Shown here in pieces: positions 22,981 through 35,209 of a DNA stretch of 64,000 nucleotides. Below the pieces are notes generated by a model. The model was not told the DNA's origin, did not search any database, and saw only the letters and a program-made list of their open reading frames with translations. Within the stretch, counting starts at the first letter, position 1. The number at the start of each line of letters is the position of its first letter. The DNA comes from Mobula hypostoma (taxonomy: Eukaryota). Made by a program: the position numbers and the translations under genes. The DNA is taken from contig NC_086097.1 in NCBI RefSeq assembly GCF_963921235.1, positions 151,778,001 to 151,842,000 of the forward strand, in the 5' to 3' direction.

Positions 22981-25090
22981 ATAAGACCATAAGACCATGA
23001 TTAATGGGAAGTTAGAGCTTTTAAAAAACCAACAGAAGGCAACTAAGCAGGCCAGGCAGCATTTATAGGAAGAGGTACTGTTGACGTTTTGGGTCGAGAC
23101 CCTTCGTCAGGACTAACTGTAAGAAGAGATAGTAAGAGATTTACTATCTCTTCTTTCAGTTAGTCCTGACGAAGGGTCTCGGCCAAAACATTGACTGTAC
23201 CTCTCCCTATAAATGCTGCCTGGCCTGCTGCGTTCACCAGCAATTTTTATGTGTGTTGCTTGAAATTTCAGCATCTGCAGATTTCCTCATGAGAAGGCGA
23301 TTAAAAAAGTCATTAAGAAGGTAAAGATGGAATAAGAAAGTAAACGAGCCAATAATATTAAAGAGGATATCAAAAGTTTCTTCAGATACATAAAGTGTAA
23401 AAGACAGGCAAGAGTGGATAATGGACAGATGGAAAATGATACTGGAGAGGTGGCAATGGGGGACAATGAAATAGTGGATGGAGCGAATGAGTATTTTGCA
23501 TCAGTCTTCACGGTGGAAGACACTGGCAGCATGGTGGAAGTACCAAGTGTCAGAGGTCATGAAGTGTGTGAGGCTACCATAACTAGAGAGAAGGTTCATG
23601 GGAAACTGAAAGGGTTGAAGGTAGATAAGTCACTTGGACCAGATGGACTACACCCCAGAGTTCCGAAAGAGGTAGCTGAATAGTTCATGGAGGAATTAGT
23701 AATGATTTTTCAAGATTCTGGAATGGTTCCAGATGGCAGGAATATTGCAAATACAAAGGAAACTATACGCCAGTTAGTCTGACCTCAGTGGTTGGGAAAA
23801 TGTTGGAGTCGATTATTAAGGTTAAGATCTCAGGGTAATTGTGGCACATAATAAAATAGGCCATAATCAGCATGGTTTCCTCAAGGGAAAATATTGACTG
23901 ATAAATCTGTTGGAATTCTTTGAAGAAATAACAAGCATGATAGACAAAGAAGAGGGGCCAACAAGCTGCTTAACAAGCAACAAATCCATGGTATTACAGG
24001 AAAAATTCTAGAATGGATAAAGCTGTGGATGATTGGTAGGAGACAAACAGTGGGAATAAAGGGAGCCTTTTCTAGTTGGCTGCCCGTGACTAGTGGTGTT
24101 CCACAGGTGTCTGTGTTGGGACCGATTCTCTTCGCATGATATGATTTGGATGATGGAATTGATGGCTTTGTTGAAATGTTTGTAGACAATATGAAGATAA
24201 GTGGAGGGGCAGGTAGTTTTGAGGAAGTAGAGAGGCTACAGAAGGACTTAAACAGATTGGGAGAATGGGCAAAGAAATAGCAGTTAGAATATAGTGTTAG
24301 GAAGTGTATGGTTATGCACTTTGGTAGAAGAAATGAAAGGGTTGACTATTTTCTAAATGGAGAGAAAATACAAAAAACTGAGGCGCAAAAGGAATTGAGA
24401 TTCCCTGAAGGTTAATTTGCAGGTTGAGTCTGTGGTGAGGAAGGAAAATGTAACATCAGCTTTCATTTTAAGAGGACTAGAATATAAAAGCAAGGACGTA
24501 ATGTTGAGATTTTATAAAGCACTGGTAGTACTTGGAGTATTGTGAGCAGTTTTGGGCCGCTTTATCTTAGAAAGGATGTGCTGAAACTGGACACGATTCA
24601 AAGGAGGTTCATGAAAATGATTCTAGGATTGAATGACTTGTCATATGAAGAGCATTTGATGGCTCTGGGCTATATTCACTGGAATTCAGAAGAATGAGGT
24701 GTGACCTAATTGAAACCTATTGAACGGTGAAAGGCCTTGATAGAGTGGATGTGGACAGGATGTTTCCTATGGTGGGGTGTGTTTAAGATGAGAGGGCATG
24801 GCCTCAGAATAGAGAGGCATCCTTTTAGAATGGAGATGAGGAGAGTTTCTTTAACCAGCTAGTGGTGAATCTATGGAATTCTTTGCTACAGGCAGCTGTG
24901 GAGGCCAAGTCTTTAAGAATATTTAAAGCAGAAGTTGATAGCTTCTTGACTAGTCAGAGCATAAGGAGGTATGGGGAGAAGGCAGGAGATTGGGACTGAG
25001 AGGAAAATTGGAATAGCCACGATGAAATGGCAGAGCGGACTCAATGGGACAAATGGCCTAATTCTGCTCCTATATCTTATGGACTTTTAT
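22981..25090 (+). mobile_element. CR1 LINE ORF2 fragment with 3' tail (same subfamily as 9735-11925)
   Basis: NEYFASVFTVED, GPDGLHPRV; gtgactagtggtgttccacagg; tail ctcctatatcttatgg. Confidence 0.9.
23047..23291. repeat. Penelope-pLTR palindrome: ~89-bp inverted arms (23047-23135 / 23141-23228) around a 5-nt spacer, each arm with a decayed hammerhead
   Basis: gcaggccaggcagcatttatagg…gaagagatagtaa-GAGAT-ttactatctcttc…cctataaatgctgcctggcctgc; imperfect 13-bp TSD agaaggcaactaa / agaaggcgattaa. Confidence 0.9.
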
Positions 25091-25799
25091 ATATATAATA
25101 GGATATATAAGTTATGTACTTAAATGAAAAACAGAGCACATTAGAAAACTGCCAATGACACTACAGTACTATAAAACTGTGTATCAGTGCCTAATAATTA
25201 TTGACGGAGGAATTCATCCAACGTATGCAATGAGCAAAATCAATGCAGACACCAAATGCAGATAAAGGACTGCCTTCATACAATGCTATCGATGATTGCA
25301 TCCTCCAAATCTTCATTTTCATTGTATCATTCAAGACGATTGTCGATATCTTGAAATTTGAAATTCTTCATAGTTCCAAACTTGTTGAAGTAGTGGAATC
25401 ATTTTATTTTCACTCCTAGACATTTCTGGTGTCTTCAAGCCTGAATGTTTGAAACCACAATGAACAAAACAGTTTGGAATTGTTATGCTCATCCCTCGCC
25501 AACTATCAGTGACAAAAATCACTGCTTTCAGAACATAAACATACGCAATTGACGCTTTTTAAAAATTGTTTGATCAAACCATGGTGTGGAGTGCTGAGGC
25601 CACACAAGTGAGCACCACTGATGCTAGTTAGAAACCTTTCAGCAACAGTCTCCTATCCGAATTAAGTGACGTAGTATCCAAGTAAACAAAGAGAATCTCG
25701 GCAATTTTCTCGATTAGTTTTTGTTCTTTAGGAGTTGTCTCAAATAAGCAGCTGTCCCAATTAACTGATGGCTCAATTAACCAGAATCCATAGTAAATA

Positions 25800-26350
25800 G
25801 TGAACTAGGTAATGTTGATGTTCAAAGTTTTTCATTTACTAAAATCTGGGTTTAGTGGTTATTAAGAAGGCAAATGATATGTTAACCTTTACAGTGAGAG
25901 GATTTAAAAACAGAAGTGTTATAGCAGTTACATTAGGCATTGATGGGCTGTACCTGGAGAGTTATATATGGTTTTGCTTACCTTATCTAAGAACGGATGC
26001 GCTTGTTTCAGAGGAAGTTTAGAAAGGATTCTTTAAACTGGTTCCAGGAATAATGCTTTTTGTAGGAGGAGAGATTAATTAGATTGCAACTGTATTATCT
26101 AGAGATGAGAAGAGTGAGAAGAGATGTCATTGAACTCATCAAGTTCCTGAAGGGCTTGATATGCTAGAAGAAATGAAGATGTTTCCAATGACTGGAAGTG
26201 AATAGTTTCATTGTGAAGAGTCTGCTTGTGACTAGAAGAAATACCTTCAATCAAAGTGTGGAAAACATTTGAAATTTTCTACTCCAGCTGTAGAGTCTAG
26301 GTCACTGTAGATTTCTGGACATTAAGGAAATCTGGGATTATGGGACTAGA
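25800..26350 (+). mobile_element. Old CR1 3' fragment
   Basis: aagaaggcaaatgatatgtt…tacctggag…ccttatctaagaacggat…agaagagtgagaagagatgtcattgaa. Confidence 0.6.
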
Positions 26351-26599
26351 ACATAGAACAATAGAGTATTCTTCAGCCTCAGTGTTTTGTCTATCTTATA
26401 ACTTATTCCAAGATCAATCTATTGCTTTCCTCCCACATAGGCCTCCATTTTTTCTTTCATCCACGAATAGTAATGTAAAATCATGCTAACGTTGATCCAA
26501 CCATAATTTTAATAAAGGACAAACCAGACTTGAAGGGCCAATCCTGCCCCTATTTTTTATGCTCTTAAAAATACTCTGAGTAGTGGAACATGGACAGAA

Positions 26600-26915
26600 C
26601 AGTCATAGAACTGATGGAGCCGCTGCCTCACACAAAAGATGGTGATGTTGACCTCCAGTGTAGACTGTGTGGGGCCTGCACGTTCTCCCTGTGACTTCAT
26701 GGGTTTCATATGGGTAGACTCTTTCCTCCCACATCTTGAAGGTGCAAGACTTTGCAAAGTAAATGGTCAATCTTCCTTGCTCCTGATGTATAGACATGTG
26801 GTAGAATCTGGTTGAAGTTGGTGGGAATGTGGAGAAAATACTTCACGGAAAAATAAGAGTGAGGATGGGATACATCTATCATGTGGCATAGGCTCACTGA
26901 AAGGCCTTCTTCAAT
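26600..26915 (+). mobile_element. HE1-like tRNA-derived SINE
   Basis: gctgcctcacac…tgtgtggggcctgcacgttctccctgtgac…tttcctcccacatc, recognised as the chondrichthyan HE1/V-SINE-type body. Confidence 0.65.
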
Positions 26916-26919
26916 GTTA

Positions 26920-27386
26920 CATTTACTTACATAGTGTCCTTTATGCCGCTGGTGTTTCGGGCAGCAATGAAGGTCCTTCATCTCTGCCTGTCCTTGGCCA
27001 TCAATACCATCTTTTGTCTTGTTCTTGGTGGTGCTCACGGACTCCCCCCATCGTGCCAGCAGCCCCCTTTTGGTCCTCACCACAGTGAGTAGTGCAAGTC
27101 CCCATTGGAAACTCAGGAACACAATGAAGGATTCTTCATTGCTGTTTCCGTAGCAATTTTGCTTTACTAGTCAGGGTTGTCGGCCCTGAGCTGAACCCCC
27201 CTCCCCCCCAACCTGGAGCAATGGTGGATCTCTCTTAGTCTGGCCTCTACCCTTTGTCCTCTTTGGCTTGGGTGACCCTACCAAGAGTGAAAGCACAAGG
27301 CTCTGAATCCAGCCAACATAGCTCTCCGGGTCACTGAGGCATGCAAACCTTCAAACCCTGCAACAAGGTTGTGGTCTTCTTGGAGG
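26920..27386 (-). mobile_element. Non-autonomous RTE-derived element (5' UTR fused to 3' tail)
   Basis: Minus strand: Rex3/Expander-like 5' UTR (gagagctatgttggctgg…ggtagggtcaccc…gaggccagactaagag) and RTE tail (ggacaggcagagatg…gtaagtaa); degenerate TSD ttcaatgtta / ttcaacatta. Confidence 0.75.
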
Positions 27387-28495
27387 TTCAACATTATAAG
27401 GGATGAAAAAATGGAAAATACGTAGAATAAGTTACCACAAGAAGCACAAAGAGAACACAGTCTGATTTTGACAATGTAAGCAAGGCCATGGAAAAGTCTT
27501 AGGTTTTAAAATTTGATTTGAATTGAGTCAACATTCTTATTGTATGTTTAACAAGCTGCTGGTTTTAAATTTCATTCAAAGACTGGCTCTTCAGTATTAT
27601 ATAAACAGAAAGCAGGAGCATCATACTGGATTTAGTAGAATAAAAGAAGTTTTAGATTTTGTAATTGCAATGTGAAATCACCTCTGGGAGAGAGATTCAA
27701 GGCTCTTACTAAGGATGAGTACTTACTACTGACCAACTGTGGAGCCAGACTCTAATAAAGTATCTACTAATGCAGCTTAATCACCTTAGTGTGGTTCCAA
27801 AGGTTTCAGTAGATTAAGGAGGAGGGAGACAGGTACACAGTATCATGTCCCACTTTTAGAGGTAAGGATTTGAATGAGTTATTGATGAAATGATTACATT
27901 ACGTGGCAATATTGGTGGGCTCATTTGCATTATATTATTGGAGAAAGCATCATTTACTTTCTTCCTTTATTTGAAACATGAAAGTCAATTATGTTCCAAA
28001 CTGACAAGTCATTGCCTCAGAGATTGCTTTAACTTTTAATGGTCCTGGATTTGTGGAGTTTAAAAGCAGGAGTATCAATTAAGTCCACATTGTTCACGTG
28101 GCTTTTGTATAATTTATTGCCTGCTTTATTATGTTTTATCACACGTTAAATCATTCTGCACCAAACAGCTTTGCCCTCTATAAAGATTCATTAATCTCAG
28201 ATGACAGCTAAGGATGTCAGTGCATGGTATTTTGACATTATTAGGCTTTGTGCAAAAGGTTTTAGTGACCCTTTAAATTCTGATTAGATAGCAATGATAT
28301 AATGTATTGTCTTTAACAAAAACATTATACTCAGTTAGACAGCTGCGATTTAAGTTTCATTTCACTTTTACATAGTGAATTACATTGTTGCTCAAAAGAC
28401 CCAAGTTTGCATTACTCTTATTATAAGGGAAGTACCAATCTAATAACTTTCTTCAGGTATCCTTTTCAATTAATTACCCCGATTCAGGTCATATC

Positions 28496-29576
28496 CACTC
28501 AGTACCGGTTTATTAGCAACCTCCTGAACCTAATAAAGTGGCCACTGAACCTACGCTCATGACTTTCTGCTGCTGTAGCCCGTCCACGTCAAGATGCAAC
28601 ATGTTATGTATTCAGAGATGCTCTTCTGTCCATCACTGTTGTTATGTCAACACACACAAAATGCTGGTGGAACGCAGCAGGCCAGACGGCATCCATAGGA
28701 AGAAGCACAGTTGACGTTTCGGGCCGAGACCCTTTGTCAGGACTAACTGAAAGAAGAGATAGTCAGAGATTTGAAAGTCGGAGGGGAAGGGGGAGATCTG
28801 AAACAATAGGAGAAGACAGGAGAGGGAGGGATGGAGCTAAGAGCAGGAAAGATGATTGGCAAAAGGGATACAAGGCTGGAGAAGGGAGAGGATATTGGGA
28901 CTGGAGGCCTAGGGAGAAAGAAAGAAAGAGGGGAGCACCAGAGGAAGATGGAAAGAAGGCAAGGAGTTATTGTGAGAGGGACAGAGAGAGAGAGAAAAGA
29001 GAGAGACAGAAAAAAGGAAATAATCAATCAATCAATCAATCAATAAATAAGGGAGAGGGTAAGAAGGAGCATTAATGGAAGTTAGAGAAGTCAATGTTCA
29101 TGCCATCAGGTTGGAGGCTACCCAGACGGAATATAAGGTGTTGTTCCTCCAACCTGAGTGTGGCTTCATCTGTTGTTATGTGTGGTTATTTGAGTCACTG
29201 TCACCTTCCTATCAACTTGCACCAATCTGATCATTCTCTTCTGACCTCTCTTAGTAACAAGACATTTTTGCCCACAGAAGTACTGCCCAATATTACCACC
29301 ATTCTCTGTGAATGCTAGAGACTGTAGTGCATGAAAATCACAAGAGCTCAACAGTTGCTGAGATACTTAAACTACCCAATTTGACACCAACAATCATTCC
29401 ACAGTCAAAGTCACTCAGATCAAGTTTCTTCCCCATTCTGACATTTGGTTTGAACAACAACTGAAACTCTTGACCATGTCTGCATGTGTTTATGCAACAA
29501 GTTACTGCCACAGGTTTGGCTAGTTTGCATCAACGAGCAAGTGTACAGGTGTACCTAATAAAGTGACCATTGAGTG
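28496..29576 (-). mobile_element. Tc1-like DNA transposon remnant
   Basis: TIR-like cactcagt…tttattag / cctaataaagtgaccattgagtg-TA; minus ORF 29166-29351 (RGQKRMIRLVQVDRKVTVTQITT) matches the Tc1 DNA-binding region. Confidence 0.8.
28648..29169 (-). mobile_element. Penelope 3' fragment with pLTR, inserted in the Tc1 remnant; 12-bp TSD
   Basis: TSD CTGTTGTTATGT at 28636-28647 and 29170-29181; minus strand encodes DEATLRLEEQHLIFRLGSLQPDGMNIDF; hammerhead 28708-28746 carries G8→A (CTGACAA). Confidence 0.92.
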
Positions 29577-30609
29577 TATGTGCCAAAAAATGCTGTGGGC
29601 ATATATTTAACATATGCAGATAGGAAATTATTCCAAAACATTTTCTTGGAATTTAACAGAAAGAGGAAAAAAAACTACCCAATGGACGATGATGTCAGAT
29701 TGTGAGTAAAATTCAGTCATAGAGTAAAGTTTTAAGTAGATACTGAAAGAAGATTGAGTTAGGGAAATGGTAATATTTAAATACAGGTTTACAGAGTGCG
29801 GGCTATGATTGGTGGTAATAAACAGCTTGAGAAGGAAGAATTGGAGTACACTTGGAGTGGTGGTTAATGTGAAGCTGGAAGAATTGCAGGTCTATTTTGA
29901 TAACGCATTTAATAATGCATTGTGTGCAACTGTCATTTAAGAAAGCCACCAGGAGTGCATACTGAAAAATCCGTGACCATGGAATGCAGTGGAGAGCTGA
30001 TTGTTTGATGAAGCTCATTATCCCCTGTAGAATAAGGTCCTTCATAATCTGCATAGCTTAGTTGTATTCTACGAAAACTAAAACTTACCTAACATACTAG
30101 AATCTACTAAAGTTCTGAAGAAGCTTTAAGAGGGTGATGTGCATGAATAATGGAGAAGTACCTGACTTCTTGTAGTTTTTAGTGCAACCGTATTAATGCC
30201 ATTGTGATGCTTGAGTAGAGGCATGTCATTTGGAACGTGTACAGAATATTTTCAGGAATTTGATTAATCCATTAGTTCTGCTTAAAAGACCAATAAAAAT
30301 AGCACAGAAGCATCCATCCAATGTTTCATTATGGTAAGCACATAAGGTTTCCTTAGAAAAGGAAAGTGGCTTGAGTTAAAAGAAAGATGGTGTTGAGTTA
30401 TATTAGCATCCTTTTCTTTTGCCTGTGGGATCTATATCCAAATCCAACTTAAATTGTAGAGATTAAAGTCATCTGCCTTGTAGGAATATAGTAAAGTGAA
30501 ATATGAGAAGAGGATTTCCAGCAATTTGAAGCTCCTGTCTCTGGTGCATTAAATACAGCATAATGGCATTTACTGTATTTAACGTAAATCCAACACTGCC
30601 TCTGTGCAG

Positions 30610-30744
30610 GATTTTCGTCTCTCAAACTGGAATGGTTCATTTCTCCGCCACAATGGAAATGGTACAATTATTGATTTTGGTGCCTTTGAGGCTGAAAAGG
30701 ATAAACTTTCTAGGGTTTTTATTGTTACTGTGAAAATGCCTCAA
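30610..30744 (+). other. Candidate internal exon of an unidentified host transcript
   Basis: ctgcctctgtgcAG | 135-nt open phase-0 frame DFRLSNWNGSFLRHNGNGTIIDFGAFEAEKDKLSRVFIVTVKMPQ | GTatgt, in non-repeat DNA. Protein not recognised. Confidence 0.25.
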
Positions 30745-30868
30745 GTATGTGAATGTCAGATAAGCGCCATATTTCAGCCATATCTGTGATGTCCAAATTA
30801 TTTGTTGTATTCATTACCTATGCTCTCAAATAAGGAATAGTCACTTCTGAGAAGTGGGCCGCTATTAA

Positions 30869-31479
30869 AGGCCAATTTATACTTCTGTGTTGAATCTACG
30901 CTGTAGGTACTGCGCAGCCGCATACCCTACGCCGTACCTCGGCAAAAATGTAACTACTCGTCGTGGTGATGCAGACCGCAACAACTGTGATTGGTCCGCT
31001 TGGTAGCATCGCATTTCCTCCTACGCATTTCCGGTTGCTTCTTCTCGTCAAATCTACCTGCTGATATCCGAAAATATCTGAAATGCATTTCCTCGTGCAT
31101 GTCTCTCAGTGGCCAGACTAGCACAGAAAATTCACCCTCCTTCTGCCTCAATCCGTTCAATGGTCATACACGCCATCTCCTCCGACGTCTTCTCTCTTTT
31201 CTGATTTGCAGTAATTTCAATAAATGTAACTCTTGTTCAATATTTATTAGCTCCAACTCCTGCGCTCAGTTTCAGTCGCTATTGTTTGAAGTACACGAAG
31301 AAACCCAACACGAAGAAATTCAACACAGTGGCATAGAAAACCCCACCACCAACTAGTGTTTTGGCGGTGAATTGCAGAGCGATGCAGACACACCAACGCA
31401 CAAGTATAAATGCTCACAACGGCGTAGGCCGCTTGCCTAGGCTACGGCGTAGAGCCTACGCAGAAGTATAAATCAGCCT
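30869..31479 (-). mobile_element. Non-autonomous PIF/Harbinger element
   Basis: TIRs AGGCCAATTTATACTTCTG / CAGAAGTATAAATCAGCCT; TAA TSD; minus strand carries a Harbinger transposase N-terminus (RRRRRW…GEFSVLV…[14 protein letters not shown]). Confidence 0.88.
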
Positions 31480-32039
31480 TAACACTGAGTCATAACAACC
31501 AATGTGTAATACAGGGCCTTCAGGTCTTGCTACAAATAAATTGCTTTATGCAAAGGGAGTACATTTTCATGTACTCATAAAAAAGTTGAAAAGCTGACAA
31601 AATATAAAGAGAACAAAACAACACTGGTCACTCAAGGGGGAGTTGAGAAGATCAATTAAAACATTACTACAATGGAATAAAATAAAATGGAAACTTCACT
31701 GCATTGAGGTGACATGAAACACTTGATCAGGGATACATTGTGAATGAAGCTGTGAACTCTACAAAGGGCATTGAACATAATCCTGGAGGAGAGGTGCAGA
31801 AGAGATGGTATGAATTAATTACTCCATACACTATATACACACACAAGGACCAGGGTGTTTGGAGAGAGATGCCAGTGATTATTTTTTAGCAACTGCCTAG
31901 TCAACTGTACCTCTACGAAGTGGAATTACCATGACTATAAACAATCATTGGTTCTGACTATGAAAGGAAAATGGCTTAGCCTCTGATTTAGAGGAATGGA
32001 AGCTCAACACTTATTTAGTATATTGTTTGAGAAGAACAT

Positions 32040-33000
32040 TTGGATTCAGAGCAGAAGTAATTCAATCAGTCCATTGATCCTGTTCTGCCATTAAATAAGT
32101 AGCTGATCAAAGTGTAAGATCATTTCTATATTCCTCTCTACCCCGGTAATCATTCACCCATTGTTGATTACAAATCTATTTCTGTCTTAAAAATGTTCAA
32201 AAACTACGTTTCCACTGCCTTTTCAGGAGTACCAAAGACTAACAAACCCTTGAAAGAAATAAAGAGGCTTCCCTCTTTCTTAATTGGGCAATTCGTTATT
32301 TTAAAATAGCAACACCTAGTTCTCCGTCCTCCCACAAGAGAAATCATCCTCTCCACATTTGCTCTGTTGAGACCACATAGTATCTCACATGTTTCAGTTA
32401 AATTGCTTCCAGCTCTTCTGGGTTCTATTGAATGCAACCACATTAAGGGATTTCAACTGTGTTGGAGTGGTTGTTCTTTGGGTAAAGCCGTCAAATAGGG
32501 ATTGTCCATTACCATTGGTTAGACAAGCAGCAAAAGTAGCTGAAATCACATAGATGGTGCAGAGTTGGTTTTTGAGAATTCTGCCTTGTATTGAGGGCCC
32601 GTGCTATGATGAGAGTTCAGGCAATTTGGGGCTGTTTTCTTTGGAGTGGTAGAGGCTGATGGGAGATTTGATAGGAGTTTATAATATTATGTGAGGCATA
32701 GATAGACAGCCAATATCTTTTTTCCAGGATGAAATATCCAACAGTAGAGGGCATGTATTTAAGGTGAGAGGGGGAAAATACAAAGGAGGATAATTTTATT
32801 TACACAGACCCTGGTGGGTGCTTAGAATGCAGTGGCAGGTCTAGTGGTAAAGGCAGATAGCATAGGAGCATTTAGAAAGGCACATGAATATGCAGAGAAG
32901 GAAAGGATGTGGTAAATGTGCAGCGAAGATGGATTAGATTAATTAGGGGTCATTGTTCAGCATTCAAAGGGCCTCTACTGTGTTCTACTGTTCTATGAGT
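32040..33000. mobile_element. Two CR1 3' fragments (minus ~32040-32440, plus ~32560-33000)
   Basis: CR1 C-terminal motifs (minus ORF 32204-32443 LTETCEILCGLNR; plus gagaggggga aaatacaaagg…tgttctactgttctatg). Confidence 0.65.
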
Positions 33001-33189
33001 GATTTCCTGATAGTGAGTAATATCATGGAGGGACAAATAGAAAACCAAATAGGCTGCAGATGCTGGGATTCAGAAATAAAAGCAGAAATACAGAAAACAA
33101 TCTTTACTTCATTCTTAGTCAGACACTCTCTCTTTCCAACACTTTTTCCATTATGTTGGCAGTGGTATTCGGGCTGTTTCCTGAACTTA

Positions 33190-34145
33190 TGTAGAACTTG
33201 ACAATTTAATTAATTTTATTGCTAATTTCCACCTGCTCTCAACTTCATGAAGTCCGTTTTGATTCCTCTCCTCTGTTTCTTGACCTGGTGCTATCTGAGA
33301 AAATTCGTAACAAATATCTATGCATGTCCATATATTCCCATTGCTTTCTTGACCATACTTCTTCCCAGCTGTCTCTTGGAAGGACTTCATTTTCCCTCTC
33401 CAAGTACTCCCATCTCTATCATGTCTGCTTTGTGATGACGAATTCTATTTTGGTACATTTAAGATGTCTTATTTTATCCTTAACCATGATGACCCCTCTT
33501 CTATAGTCACACAACTATCTCACTGCCTGGTAGGGGAAATGCACTTCCCTAATCGCAGAGAGTGGTGTGGAGAGCCCAGCATATCTGTTGTGAACTTTCC
33601 ACTATTTAAGACATTTACAGCACCAGGTGGGTAAAAAAGACCCAAAGGATCACTGGGGACCCGATTCACCCCAAACATAAACTCTTCCAGCTACTAACAT
33701 CTGGGAAACCACAGCATTAAAGCCAAGAACAACAGACTCCAGGACAGCTTCTTCCACCAGGCCATCAGACTGATTAATTCACGTTGACGCAATTGTATTT
33801 CTAAGCTATATTGACTGTTTTGTTGTATATCTTACTGTACATACTATTTATTACGAATTATTATAATTCACACATTGTACATTCAGACAGAGATGTAACG
33901 TAAAGATTTTTACTCCTCATGTATGTGAAGGATGTAAGAAATAATGTCAATTCAGTTCAATTCCCACAGCTCTGCTCCTGTCTCCCATGTTCCCGGACAC
34001 TGCAAGGATTAAGTTCTCTGGTTTTCTTTCCATCTCAACAGCTTCCTCATTTAATGGATTAACCTTACTAATTTCTGTCTCCTTCAATATGATTCCACCA
34101 TCAGATTTATCTTCTCTTCCATTCCTCTTTTCAGTTTTCCAAGAG
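33190..34145 (+). mobile_element. Old Penelope RT remnant interrupted by a Rex1-like 3' end (~33620-33962)
   Basis: FLDHTSSQLS… equivalent of YLDYSSSHP; insert cagcttcttccaccaggccatcag…tcaattcagttcaattc. Confidence 0.55.
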
Positions 34146-34149
34146 GGTT

Positions 34150-35150
34150 TTGAGTAATACAGTCATAGGACACTACAGCAAAGAAACAGGACATTTGTCC
34201 CTTCTAATCCATGCTGAACTGTTATTTTGCCTGGTCCCATCTAGTTCATAGCCCCATCCCACCCCTCCCATCCATATGCTTACCCAAGTTTCTCTTAAAT
34301 GTTCAAATCAAACTCACTTCCGCCACTTTCGCTGGCAGCTCGTTCCACATTTGCATCATCTTCCGAGTGAAGAGGTTCCTCCTCAGTTTCCTCTTAAATA
34401 TTTCTCCTTTCACAATTTACCTATGATCTCTAGTTGTAGTCCCACCCAACCTCAGTGGAAAAACCTGCTTGCACTTGACCTATCTATACCCTCATGATTT
34501 TGATTATCTTAATTAAAATTCCCCTCATTCTCCTATGTTCCAGAAGATGAAGTCCTAACCTATTCAACCTTTCCCAGTAATTCAAGTCCTGAAGTCCTGA
34601 TAACATCCTTGTAAATTTTTCTATACTCTTTCAATCTTATTGATATCTTTCCTGTGGGTAGGTGACGAGAATGACACACAATACTCCAAATGAGGCCTCA
34701 CCTACGCCTTAAACAACTTCAACACAACATCCCAACTCCTTTACTCACTCTGATTTATGAATGTCAAAGTGGGGCAAAAGCTGTTTTTATGGCTATTTGT
34801 ACCTGTGAATCTACTTTAAAGGAAATATGGATCTGTATTCCTAAATCCACCGTTCCACCACACTCTTCAGTGCATAACCATTCATAGTGTATGCCATGCC
34901 CTGGTTTGTCCTCCCACAGTGCAACACTTCACACTTGCCTTTATTAAATTCTACCTGCCATTTCTCAGCCCATTTTTCCAGCTGCTCCAGATCTCGCTGC
35001 AAACTTTGATAGCCTTTCTTTCTGTCCACTGCACCTCCATTTTGGTGTCATCAACAAATTTGCTGATCTAATGTACCGCATTATCATCCAGATCATTGGT
35101 ACAGATGTCAAACAACAAGAGACCCAGCACCAGTCCCTGCAGCACACCAT
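34150..35150 (-). mobile_element. CR1 3' fragment
   Basis: Minus ORF 34841-35029 LQRDLEQLEKWAEKWQVEFNKGKCEVLH. Confidence 0.85.
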
Positions 35151-35209
35151 CAGTGCCTCAAGTCAAATTCAAGTTCAAGTTCACGTGTATTGTCATTCAA
35201 CTGTATGCA

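Larger units (their letters stand above)
22847..25793. mobile_element. Tigger/pogo-like DNA transposon remnant, split by a CR1 insertion
   Basis: Terminal inverted sequences tggattccaattaattggga (~22851) and caattaaccagaatcca (~25775); internal sequence resumes at ~25105. Confidence 0.7.

Noticed and set aside
28644..29075. 143-aa R/E/K-rich ORF (likewise 22331-22725, 46826-47332, 57281-57627)
   Set aside because: Translation of the purine/pyrimidine-skewed Penelope UTR; low complexity.
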